Of a stretch of DNA of 64,000 nucleotides, positions 1 through 8,538 are shown one piece after another. This DNA is from a virus. A program made the position numbers and the translations under genes. Below the pieces are notes generated by a model. That model saw nothing but the letters and a program-made list of their open reading frames with translations. It did no database searches and was not told the DNA's origin. The stretch lies in IMG/VR virus record IMGVR_UViG_3300025016_000004. One strand, 5' to 3'. Within the stretch, counting starts at the first letter, position 1; each line of letters opens with the position of its first letter.

Positions 1-43
1 TCCCCTTAACTTTTCATTTTTTTGGCCTGACCTTGGAATATAA
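1..43 (+). CDS. 3' end of an upstream gene ending ...NFSFFWPDLGI*, probable tail assembly chaperone / baseplate hub assembly protein (partial)
   Basis: Frame starting at nt 2 reads PLNFSFFWPDLGI with TAA at 41-43; contains a T7 run at 17-23; lies shortly upstream of the tape measure gene. Confidence 0.55.
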   Translation, partial: PLNFSFFWPDLGI

Positions 44-251
44 GAGGCAGTTATTGGAAGAAATTTATGTTTGTAGACAACATTTAGGGTTTTCTTATGA
101 AGATTTAATGAGAATGCCAACTTATGAAAGACGATTCTTTATGGTTACGTTACAAAACGAAGCTATTGACGCTGAAGAACGTAGAAGTAGTGGTTCTAGA
201 GTTACAAAAACAGGTAAATGGTCACAAACTAGGAAATATTCACCTAAATAA
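33..251 (+). CDS. Tail assembly chaperone extension (T-type / gp51-like ORF), possibly reached by frameshift from the upstream gene
   Basis: 72 aa ORF with only a TTG start; its frame is open back through the T7 run (FFGLTLEYK); motif GFSYEDLMRMPTYERRFF resembles myovirus chaperone extensions. Confidence 0.5.
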   Translation: MEYKRQLLEEIYVCRQHLGFSYEDLMRMPTYERRFFMVTLQNEAIDAEERRSSGSRVTKTGKWSQTRKYSPK

Positions 252-252
252 G

Positions 253-279
253 AAAAGCCCTTAATTATTAGGGGTTTTT
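253..279 (+). terminator. Intrinsic terminator
   Basis: Hairpin aagcccttaa-tta-ttaggggttt followed by a T tract, immediately after the stop at 251. Confidence 0.6.
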
Positions 280-281
280 AT

Positions 282-605
282 AAAACGGAGCATAAAACCC
301 ACCCACCGTTTTTACGTGGGTGGGATATAAGCGACAAAAAAACTTGACCTTTTAACTATAGAGTTGTATATTTACAAATAATAAGTTATCGATAACCAAG
401 ATAACCTGTTCTTTGATGTATGATATGTGGTTGGCAAACAAGGTTTTGTTTGCCATAAAATCATGGAAAGCAAATGAAAAGAATTTTCATGTCTGAATGC
501 GGGACGCATTTCGGACAATAAGCAAAAACAAGTGGAGGTGTTGTCGTTGGGCAAGTCAATGAAACTTGAAGCCCATCCATCACGAAGTGTGGATGGGTAG
601 TTCAC
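282..605 (+). mobile_element. Non-autonomous IS200/IS605-family derivative (no tnpA or tnpB) with left-end and right-end hairpins and an omega-RNA-like 3' region
   Basis: Preceded by TTTAT (277-281); left-end hairpin cccacccac/gtgggtggg (298-324); right end gaagcccatcca...tggatgggtagttcac (568-605); no target duplication; the same termini recur at 56669-56719. Confidence 0.75.
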
Positions 606-609
606 TAGA

Positions 610-617
610 TATTTATA
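610..617 (+). promoter_or_regulatory. Putative phage late-promoter motif TATTTATA
   Basis: Recurs about 19-23 nt before the ATG of many operon-leading structural genes (see findings). Confidence 0.55.
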
Positions 618-632
618 TTAAAACGATTCATT

Positions 633-1853
633 ATGAGTGATATGACATACGCATATAAAGTTATGGCTTCATTATTATTAGAAGCTGAACTAAAGGAAGT
701 TTTACCAAATATACAACAAGAAAGTGTAATTAGATTGGTTTTAAAAGATAAATCTGAAAAAACATTTTTTGTTGAGTCAAATTTAGCTGGTAGAGTTATT
801 ATGGTTGATAAAAGTGATGGTAAAGAATACACTTTTACCAAAGATGCGATTAGTGATGGTACTTTAACAATTTATAAATATGAAAAAAATTCACCAAGTG
901 GTGAAGGTGCTAAAATCGTATTGAAAGTTGAAGAGTTTAGTACTGCTAAAAAAGGTGGCGAAATAAAACAAGTAGATATCGTTAAACCTATTGAAGAGAA
1001 TCGTTTAGAGGAAAGAATGAATGAAATGAATGACATTATAAAAACGGCTAAAAAAGGTTCTATAATCAACATTGCTTCAGAAGAAAAAATTGCTGAAAAT
1101 GATGGTATAACAAATAATATTTTTTTAAGAGTTAATGAAATTACCCCTAAAAAATTAAGTTGTACGTTAGAAGATATCAATTCTGATGGTGAAAGTACTA
1201 AAATTAAAACTTTATTAAATACATTTAAAAATAGAAATATATATATCAGCATTAATAGTTTAGTAAAAATTAAAAATAACGATTTAGTGTTAAATCTTTA
1301 TAGGTCAGATAGAATTGTACAAATTACTGGGTTATTAAATATTGAAGTAGGTGGCGGTGGGGTTGATAACGGTGATAGTGATTACACACCAATGAGTAAA
1401 CAAGAATTAATTGATAAAATCAAAAGTAGCCCACATAGTAAAGAATATTTAGAAGCTATGGATAAAACACCTGATTTTTGGGATACATTAATGAATGCAT
1501 CACCAAAAGGTGTTAATCAATTAAACCAAATATTAGATAAAGAGGTAACTAAAAATTCTTATTTAACCGTAGGAAGGCAAATTCAATTCGAAATAATTTC
1601 TGGGTCAGTTATAGTTGACAATAACATTAAATTATTGAATACTGATAAATTTAGAAGTCATAAATACCCTGGTAAAATAGAAAAAGGTAATATTATAATA
1701 AGTGGGCGTAGAAGAAGTACTAATGGACATTGGGAGTTAAAAATTTTAAAAGATTTAGGTGATGGTAATTTTAAAGTTAGGGTAAGTCATTGTGATATGG
1801 ACCTTAATTGTAAAATAGTAGAGGATGAAGGCGCAATAAGAATTGTTGAATAA
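633..1853 (+). CDS. Hypothetical protein, probably virion-associated
   Basis: 406 aa ORF with ATG start behind the late-promoter motif, directly upstream of the tape measure gene. Confidence 0.6.
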   Translation: MSDMTYAYKVMASLLLEAELKEVLPNIQQESVIRLVLKDKSEKTFFVESNLAGRVIMVDKSDGKEYTFTKDAISDGTLTIYKYEKNSPSGEGAKIVLKVEEFSTAKKGGEIKQVDIVKPIEENRLEERMNEMNDIIKTAKKGSIINIASEEKIAENDGITNNIFLRVNEITPKKLSCTLEDINSDGESTKIKTLLNTFKNRNIYISINSLVKIKNNDLVLNLYRSDRIVQITGLLNIEVGGGGVDNGDSDYTPMSKQELIDKIKSSPHSKEYLEAMDKTPDFWDTLMNASPKGVNQLNQILDKEVTKNSYLTVGRQIQFEIISGSVIVDNNIKLLNTDKFRSHKYPGKIEKGNIIISGRRRSTNGHWELKILKDLGDGNFKVRVSHCDMDLNCKIVEDEGAIRIVE

Positions 1854-1861
1854 TATAAATA

Positions 1862-4465
1862 ATGGCTAAGAAAAATAAACTACAAGAAGAAGAACTTGCT
1901 GCCCATAAAGAGAGGGTTAGATTGATTAATGAAGCGTCAAAAAGTTTAAATGACTATAATAAGTTATTACACGAAACTGAAAGCCTCAATAAAAATCTAT
2001 TATACATACAAGGTCAACGTGCTAAACTACAAGAAGAAGCTAAAAAGCTTCAAGATGAAATAACTAAACGTGAAGCTAACGGTCTTGCATTAACTGATAA
2101 AGAAATTGATGCCCGTAAGGTTAAAATAGGGTTAATAAATAATGAGGTTAATTCACTTACAAACGTTGAAATTCAAGCTGAGAAAAACCTTAAAATACAC
2201 CAAGATGCAGTAAAAAGTGTTAAAGTCCATGCTTTAACTGCAAAAGATATTGTTAGACAAACCAAAGAGTTAGGTAAAATATTATATGACCAACGTCATT
2301 ATTGGTTAAAACAACAAAAATCTGTTAGAGAGACCGAACTTCAAATGGGTATTCTTTCTAACCAAGCTGCTGGATTCAGAGATAACATATATAAATCTTC
2401 TATTACTACTGCTAAAATTGGTATTAACACTAAAGATTTAGCACAACTTCAAGGTAGATATAGTGACAATATTGGGCGTAGTGTTCAATTATCTGGTGAG
2501 CAATTAGAGGCAATGTCTCAATTAGCTAAAGGTACTGTTTTAGGTGTTGAGGGTGCTGGTGAATTTGCCGCTGAAATGGAAAACTTCAATATTTCAGCAA
2601 AAGGTTCCGTAGCATTCGTTGAAGATATGCTTGCTACATCCACTAAAATGGGTGTTTCAAGTGGTAAAGTTATTAAGAATGTTCAAAATAACATGAAAAT
2701 AGCTAACAAATATGCATTTAAAGGTGGTATTAAAGGTTTAGGTGAGATGGCTAACCTAGCTACCAAATTTAAAATTGAAATGCAAACTATTGCTGATTTC
2801 GCTGAAAACTTAATCACACCTGAAGGTGCGGTAGAAGCTGCGGCTAAATTACAAGTTTTAGGTGGTGCTTGGGCTAGATTAGGTGACCCATTCGAGTTGA
2901 TGTATAGAAGTAGAAATGATATGAAAGGGCTAACTCAAGATATTATCAATGCTACTAAAGAAACGGCTAGATTTGATGAAGCTACTGGTGAAGTTACTAT
3001 TGACCCAATGGAATTACATAGGTTAAGGGAAGTTGCCAATGCAACAGGAATGTCATTTGATGAATTAGCTAAATCAGCTAGGGAAGCTGCAAAATTTACT
3101 AAAATAGAAAGTGGTATATCTAGTATTTTCAGTGATGAAGATAAATCATTTATATCAAGTCTTGCTCAATTTGATAAAGATAGTGGTGAGTTCAAGGTTA
3201 CCATGCAAGTAGGTAACGAAACGGTAACTGAAAGTGTTGATGCACTTCAAAGAATTACACCTGAAATTGTAAAATCACAACAAGAATACCAGAAAAGTCT
3301 TCAAGGAAGAGCTGAAGAAGCGATGACATTCAATGAAAGATTTGATGCGTTGAAAGATACCTTTAAATCTGGATTATTACCAGCATTTGAAAAGATTTCA
3401 GGTGTGATTGAAAGTTTAATTGCTACTTTCAGTCCTATGGTCACAAATATAGCTGAATTTATGGCTGAATGGCCAAAAACATTTGCAGCTATTGGTGGTG
3501 TAGTTACTGGATTAGCATTGATTGGTAAAGAAGCTTTATGGTTTGCTAGAGGTATTAAATTAGGTTTAGGTTTTAATAGTGTTGCTAATGCTGATGGTGG
3601 TATTAATAGCCTTTTAGATGATGCTAAAGGTGTTACTTCTAAACAATGGGGTGGTAAATTATTTGGTAATATGGCTAAAGGTGGTGGATTTAAAGGGTTA
3701 CTTAGAAATGTAGGTAAAGGTTCAGTTTCTGGTGGTGCTATTGGTGCTGGTCTTTTAGCTGGTGGTTTAGCTGGTTATAATGAATGGTCTGAAAACAAAG
3801 AAGCTGGTATGGATACTGGTGAAAATATACATCGTACTGCAATGACTGGCCTTGGTGGTGGCCTTGGTGCTTGGGGTGGTGCTGCTGCTGGTGCTGCAAT
3901 TGGTTCAATTATTCCTGTAATTGGTACTACTATTGGTGGTATTGTTGGTGGTATTGTTGGTGGTTGGGGTGGTACTAAACTCGGTGATTTGGCTGGTGAT
4001 GCTAGATATGGTGGTGAAGGTATGAATTATAGTATGCCACAAAATGATTTCATTGCTAGACCTAATCAAGATGCAATTCCATTTAATTCAAGTGATACAT
4101 TGATTGGAGCTAAACCCGATGGACCTATTGATAGAATATTAGATAAAAACGGCATTGCTAAGCCAGGTAAAAATGACGATTCAATTGATAGTTCATCATT
4201 AATAAAAGCGATTGAAAAAGGTAAGAACATTGAAAGATATATTAGTAAAGAAAAAGCTTATAACCATAGTGGTAGTAAGGTTTTAGTCGAATTTAATAAA
4301 CCTTTAGCGGTTGAAGGAAAGTTAGAATTAACTACTAATGATGGAAGTTTTAAAATTGATTTAAACGACCCATTTTTAATGAGAGAATTGAGTAGGAAGA
4401 TACAAGAACAATTAACTTCGGCTATTAATGGAGGTAGAATACCTTCTAACCCAATTGTTGCTTAA
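1862..4465 (+). CDS. Tape measure protein
   Basis: 867 aa; N-terminal coiled coil, Ala/Gly-rich helical body, hydrophobic segment (FAAIGGVVTGLALIG) and long glycine zipper (GLGGGLGAWGGAAAGAAIGSIIPVIGTTIGGIVGGIVGG); lies between chaperone and baseplate genes. Confidence 0.8.
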   Translation: MAKKNKLQEEELAAHKERVRLINEASKSLNDYNKLLHETESLNKNLLYIQGQRAKLQEEAKKLQDEITKREANGLALTDKEIDARKVKIGLINNEVNSLTNVEIQAEKNLKIHQDAVKSVKVHALTAKDIVRQTKELGKILYDQRHYWLKQQKSVRETELQMGILSNQAAGFRDNIYKSSITTAKIGINTKDLAQLQGRYSDNIGRSVQLSGEQLEAMSQLAKGTVLGVEGAGEFAAEMENFNISAKGSVAFVEDMLATSTKMGVSSGKVIKNVQNNMKIANKYAFKGGIKGLGEMANLATKFKIEMQTIADFAENLITPEGAVEAAAKLQVLGGAWARLGDPFELMYRSRNDMKGLTQDIINATKETARFDEATGEVTIDPMELHRLREVANATGMSFDELAKSAREAAKFTKIESGISSIFSDEDKSFISSLAQFDKDSGEFKVTMQVGNETVTESVDALQRITPEIVKSQQEYQKSLQGRAEEAMTFNERFDALKDTFKSGLLPAFEKISGVIESLIATFSPMVTNIAEFMAEWPKTFAAIGGVVTGLALIGKEALWFARGIKLGLGFNSVANADGGINSLLDDAKGVTSKQWGGKLFGNMAKGGGFKGLLRNVGKGSVSGGAIGAGLLAGGLAGYNEWSENKEAGMDTGENIHRTAMTGLGGGLGAWGGAAAGAAIGSIIPVIGTTIGGIVGGIVGGWGGTKLGDLAGDARYGGEGMNYSMPQNDFIARPNQDAIPFNSSDTLIGAKPDGPIDRILDKNGIAKPGKNDDSIDSSSLIKAIEKGKNIERYISKEKAYNHSGSKVLVEFNKPLAVEGKLELTTNDGSFKIDLNDPFLMRELSRKIQEQLTSAINGGRIPSNPIVA

Positions 4466-4599
4466 TTATTTTATCTCTCAAAACCCTTATAAAATAAGGA
4501 AAAGTAAAATTTTTTAAAAAAAGTTGAGTTTTTCCTTGTATTTTTTTAATTTATTTTGTTTTTTATAAAGTATTAATAGAATATATTATATATTAAAAT

Positions 4600-4639
4600 T
4601 AATTTAAATACTAATAGTATACTAATTTAAATACTAATA
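4600..4639. repeat. 17-bp direct repeat (taatttaaatactaata x2) around the palindrome tagtatacta, in a 270-bp AT-rich intergenic region
   Basis: Copies at 4600-4616 and 4623-4639; palindrome at 4615-4624. Confidence 0.6.
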
Positions 4640-4738
4640 TTGCGTTTTTAAGTTTTCAACTAAACCCTACTGTTTTTAATGAATTAAAATTAAAATATAA
4701 AAAAAGAGTTAAATTAATATTTATAATAAAAGAAAAGC

Positions 4739-7700
4739 ATGGCTAATTCAATAAATTATTTATCTCCCAATTTTAGAGATTTGTTATTAAACAGAAATTT
4801 AATATTATCTGATACTGTAACTAATAACGGTTTAAGTGTTTCTGCTATTGGTTTAGGTTCTCAAGCGAATATATCCACTAATTTTGATTCCATTCAACCA
4901 TCTGAAAATTTAGAAGATTCAGGTGTTAATTATCGTAATGATGTTATTAGTAGAAATAGATATACTTCAACCGAAGATATGGTTGCCGCAACCATAATAA
5001 ACAATTCTTATAGTTATGCTCAACGTGATGGTGGTTATATTGATGAGAATAAAGATTTAAATCTTGGTGGTTATGGAACCAAAAGTTTGGATGTTTTAGA
5101 TAGTATTCTATCTCAAGAAGGTTTTGGATTAGGAAATGGTAGTTTCACTTCTCAAGGTGACATCAGAACAACATTAGCTGGGAGGGCTCTAGGAGCCACT
5201 GGGGGTATAAATGAGACACCTTTAGGTATAATAGGTGGTCAACAGTTACTTTTAGCTTTGGGTCAAAGAGCGACCTTTAATGCGCAAAGAGAGTTATTCG
5301 GTCAAGTTAATCTTCAACCGTTTAGTTTATTAAGTGGGTCTGACTTTATTGTACCCGATAATAGTATTACTGTTAGAGGTACAACTGCTGGTAGAATTGG
5401 TGATTTAGCTTTAGATATTACAGGATTCAATTTACCAATTGATATTATTGATGAAAACGCTTCAATTTTTACGAATAATGTAGACGTTAATATGAGTGAA
5501 GCTAGTTTATTAAGAAACGTTTCTTTAATCAAATATACAGGTAAAGGACAATTACTTAGATTATTTGATAATCTTAATTTAAATGAATTTAAACCTGCAT
5601 ATACTTCAGATGGTGCTGGTAGAAGTAAATTAGGTGTTACTGACCCTCGTGAATATAACGTAAATACTAGTGGTGTAACTTTAAATTCACTTGAGTTTAG
5701 TCCACTTAATGGTTTACCTGTTGCAAGTCAAACAGAATTTAACGGAAGTGATTCAATTTGGAACCCAAATTCAACTTTTAGTGATACTGGTGATTTATTA
5801 TCTAAAACTAAAGATTTATTCAATGATATTGTAAAATATAAAATTAATTTCGATGCTCAAGGTACACCTTTAGTTGATTTCTCACAATTAAACACACCAT
5901 CAGGTAATAGATTATCTAAAAGTAGTGGGGTTTTAAGTCAAGATTATCTAATGGGTAGTTCTGATATTGATAATGTGTTTTGTAGAACATGGACATCAAC
6001 TAAAACTTATGGTTCAGTTAGTGATTTACAAAAAAATAGCGGGTTATTTAATTATAGAGATAAAATTAGGAATGATATTGAAGATTCTGTATTAGGTAGT
6101 AATGGTTTTGTTAAAATTTCACCTTATAAAATACCTGATAGCGGTGCTGTTGACCCTTATGAGGCTAAGAAATTCATGTTTTCAATTGAAAACTTAGCTT
6201 GGAATGATTCATTAGAAAACTTACCTAAATTTGAAATTGGTAATGGTGACCCTAAAACAGGAACTAAAGGTAGAATTATGTGGTTTCCACCATATGACAT
6301 AAAATTTACTGACACAACAACAATTGATTGGGATTCAACTAAATTCATTGGTAGAGGAGAACCAGTTTATACTTATAATAATACTGAAAGAAGTGGTACT
6401 TTAGCATTTAAAGTAATAATTGATTATCCTGATTATATGAATAATAGTAAAATTATTACTAATGAATTAATGGCTAGTTTAGTTGCTGGTTGCACTGATT
6501 ATAACCAATATTTTTCACAAAATGAATTAGCTCAATTACAAGAAGAAATAAATGCTGATATTAAATTAGAAGAAGAATTTATAGCTACGGACGTTTATTT
6601 ACCAGATAATTTTAACTTTTATTTCCCTAATGACGTTGCTTCGTTATATCCAGATTATGAAGATAACAATGCGATATCCCCACTTATTACATATTCTGAA
6701 GGTTACACATCAAGTGTAGGAACACCTTCCAATAACTGGACTCAATATGGATTAAATACTCGTTGGAATGTAGTAGGGTTTTCAGATTTAATTAAAGAGG
6801 CTGTATTACAAAATAATGGTATAGCTATTAAATTAAGTGGTTATGCAAGTAAAGTTGGGACTGCTGAATCAAATATAAGATTATCTGATGCTAGAATTGC
6901 AACAGTAAAACAATGGTTTCAAACTAATGTTAAAAGTGATATAAGATTTGTAGAAACAACATCAAGAGGTGATAAAGATGCTACTTCTGATGCTACTTAT
7001 AGAGTAGATTCTGAGTTGGTTAAAAAAGAAAGAGCTGTGATAGTCGAATTCATTTATCAACCTGAATACGATGAACAAATATCAAATGTTACGGATATTA
7101 AGACAGAAAAAACAAATTCCGCAGCTAAAGAAATTATACGTAGAGTCACGAATAGATTCCATCGTGAAGATGAATATTTTGAGAAATTAAAGAAAAGTGA
7201 TTCTCAAAGTGATAAAATTATTTATAATAATATTAGGGAGAAAATAAAATTCTTTCACCCAGCATTTCATTCAACAACACCAGAAGGATTTAATTCTAGA
7301 TTAACATTTTTACAACAATGTACTAGGCAAGGCCCAACTAATAAAACTAACAAGAGTAATAATTTAGCTTTTGGAAAACCACCAGTATGTATTTTAAGAA
7401 TTGGTGATTTTTATCACACTAAAATAATAATTAATAGCCTTGGGATAGATTATGAACCATTGGTTTGGGATTTAAATCCAGAAGGTGTTGGAGTTCAACC
7501 AATGATAGCAAATGTTAATATATCATTTAAATTCATTGGTGGAAGTGCGTTAAATGGGCCTATAAATAAATTACAAAATGCTGTTTCTTTTAATTATTTT
7601 GCCAATTCGGGTGTTTATGACCCTAGAGCTGATAGATGGGTTAGGAAAGAAAAAATAAACCCAACAAAACCAGAATTATTTGACCCTTTAGAAGGTGTTA

Positions 7701-8206
7701 CTAATTTAAGAGAGTTTGCTGAAGAAGCTTATGACCCATTTAAGAAACCAAAAACCTCACTAAAAAATGATGAAAATACTGTAGCTGAAGTTGAAGCTAA
7801 AAAACAAAGTGAAGTAAATGCAACTACCATTTCAGATGAGCAGATATTTAAAAATCTTGGATGGACTGTAAAATTTAATAGTTTTGTAAATTTAGGTACC
7901 ACAAATACTTTTGATTTAACTTATACTAGTGGAGGTAGTTACCCATTAACTAGTCTTTCTAAAAATTATGGCTATAAAATCGAAATTGGAACTTCAAGTG
8001 GGTTTAAAATAATTATGACTGGGCAATTTAATTCTACGTCACCTAACAGTGCGGTTATAAATTCTTCAGCATCAATACCTAATACAACTTGGAATCAATC
8101 AGAGTATGGTACTGGTAATAAATCATTTAAATTTTCTTTAACGAGTGGTGGTCTTACTTATACTGAAACAATAATAGTTGATGTAGAAACTGGTTTAGAG
8201 ATTTAA
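4739..8206 (+). CDS. Baseplate / tail-tube initiator-like protein with an inserted OmpA-C-like domain
   Basis: Tube-initiator-like motifs FPPYDIKFTDTTTIDWDSTKFIGRGEPVYTYNNTERSGTLAF and PPVCILRIGDFY...QPMIANVNISFKFI; between them FYFPND...IKLSGYASKVGTAESNIRLSDARIATVKQWF...ERAV resembles OmpA_C. Confidence 0.65.
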   Translation: MANSINYLSPNFRDLLLNRNLILSDTVTNNGLSVSAIGLGSQANISTNFDSIQPSENLEDSGVNYRNDVISRNRYTSTEDMVAATIINNSYSYAQRDGGYIDENKDLNLGGYGTKSLDVLDSILSQEGFGLGNGSFTSQGDIRTTLAGRALGATGGINETPLGIIGGQQLLLALGQRATFNAQRELFGQVNLQPFSLLSGSDFIVPDNSITVRGTTAGRIGDLALDITGFNLPIDIIDENASIFTNNVDVNMSEASLLRNVSLIKYTGKGQLLRLFDNLNLNEFKPAYTSDGAGRSKLGVTDPREYNVNTSGVTLNSLEFSPLNGLPVASQTEFNGSDSIWNPNSTFSDTGDLLSKTKDLFNDIVKYKINFDAQGTPLVDFSQLNTPSGNRLSKSSGVLSQDYLMGSSDIDNVFCRTWTSTKTYGSVSDLQKNSGLFNYRDKIRNDIEDSVLGSNGFVKISPYKIPDSGAVDPYEAKKFMFSIENLAWNDSLENLPKFEIGNGDPKTGTKGRIMWFPPYDIKFTDTTTIDWDSTKFIGRGEPVYTYNNTERSGTLAFKVIIDYPDYMNNSKIITNELMASLVAGCTDYNQYFSQNELAQLQEEINADIKLEEEFIATDVYLPDNFNFYFPNDVASLYPDYEDNNAISPLITYSEGYTSSVGTPSNNWTQYGLNTRWNVVGFSDLIKEAVLQNNGIAIKLSGYASKVGTAESNIRLSDARIATVKQWFQTNVKSDIRFVETTSRGDKDATSDATYRVDSELVKKERAVIVEFIYQPEYDEQISNVTDIKTEKTNSAAKEIIRRVTNRFHREDEYFEKLKKSDSQSDKIIYNNIREKIKFFHPAFHSTTPEGFNSRLTFLQQCTRQGPTNKTNKSNNLAFGKPPVCILRIGDFYHTKIIINSLGIDYEPLVWDLNPEGVGVQPMIANVNISFKFIGGSALNGPINKLQNAVSFNYFANSGVYDPRADRWVRKEKINPTKPELFDPLEGVTNLREFAEEAYDPFKKPKTSLKNDENTVAEVEAKKQSEVNATTISDEQIFKNLGWTVKFNSFVNLGTTNTFDLTYTSGGSYPLTSLSKNYGYKIEIGTSSGFKIIMTGQFNSTSPNSAVINSSASIPNTTWNQSEYGTGNKSFKFSLTSGGLTYTETIIVDVETGLEI

Positions 8207-8217
8207 AATTAAAAATT

Positions 8218-8538
8218 ATGGCACAAAAATATTTAGATAGATACGATAGGTTTAGGAGTGACAATGACTATAAACCAATCCCTGGAATTAAGATACCAGA
8301 AAAAAATACAGATAAGTACTTGATTTATAAGGTTGGTAGCACTAGATTTGATGTGTTGAGTCAAAAATATTACGATACACCTTATTATGGGTGGTTAATT
8401 ATGTTAGCAAACCCAGAATTTGGAGGTTTAGAATTCAACATACCAAATAATAAAATAATTAGGGTACCATTCCCTTTCGTTACATCTATTAATGATTATT
8501 TAGATGAAATAGATATATATTTCAAATTGTATGGCTAA
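8218..8538 (+). CDS. Baseplate wedge LysM-like protein (P2 gpX / T4 gp53-like)
   Basis: 106 aa; RFDVLSQKYYDTPYYGWLIMLANP...IIRVP pattern; sits between tube initiator and hub. Confidence 0.75.
   Translation: MAQKYLDRYDRFRSDNDYKPIPGIKIPEKNTDKYLIYKVGSTRFDVLSQKYYDTPYYGWLIMLANPEFGGLEFNIPNNKIIRVPFPFVTSINDYLDEIDIYFKLYG

Noticed and set aside
372..605. Minus-strand 77-aa ORF inside the IS-like element as a transposase or TnpB
   Set aside because: No HUH, RuvC or zinc-finger motifs; likely a chance ORF in GC-richer structured sequence
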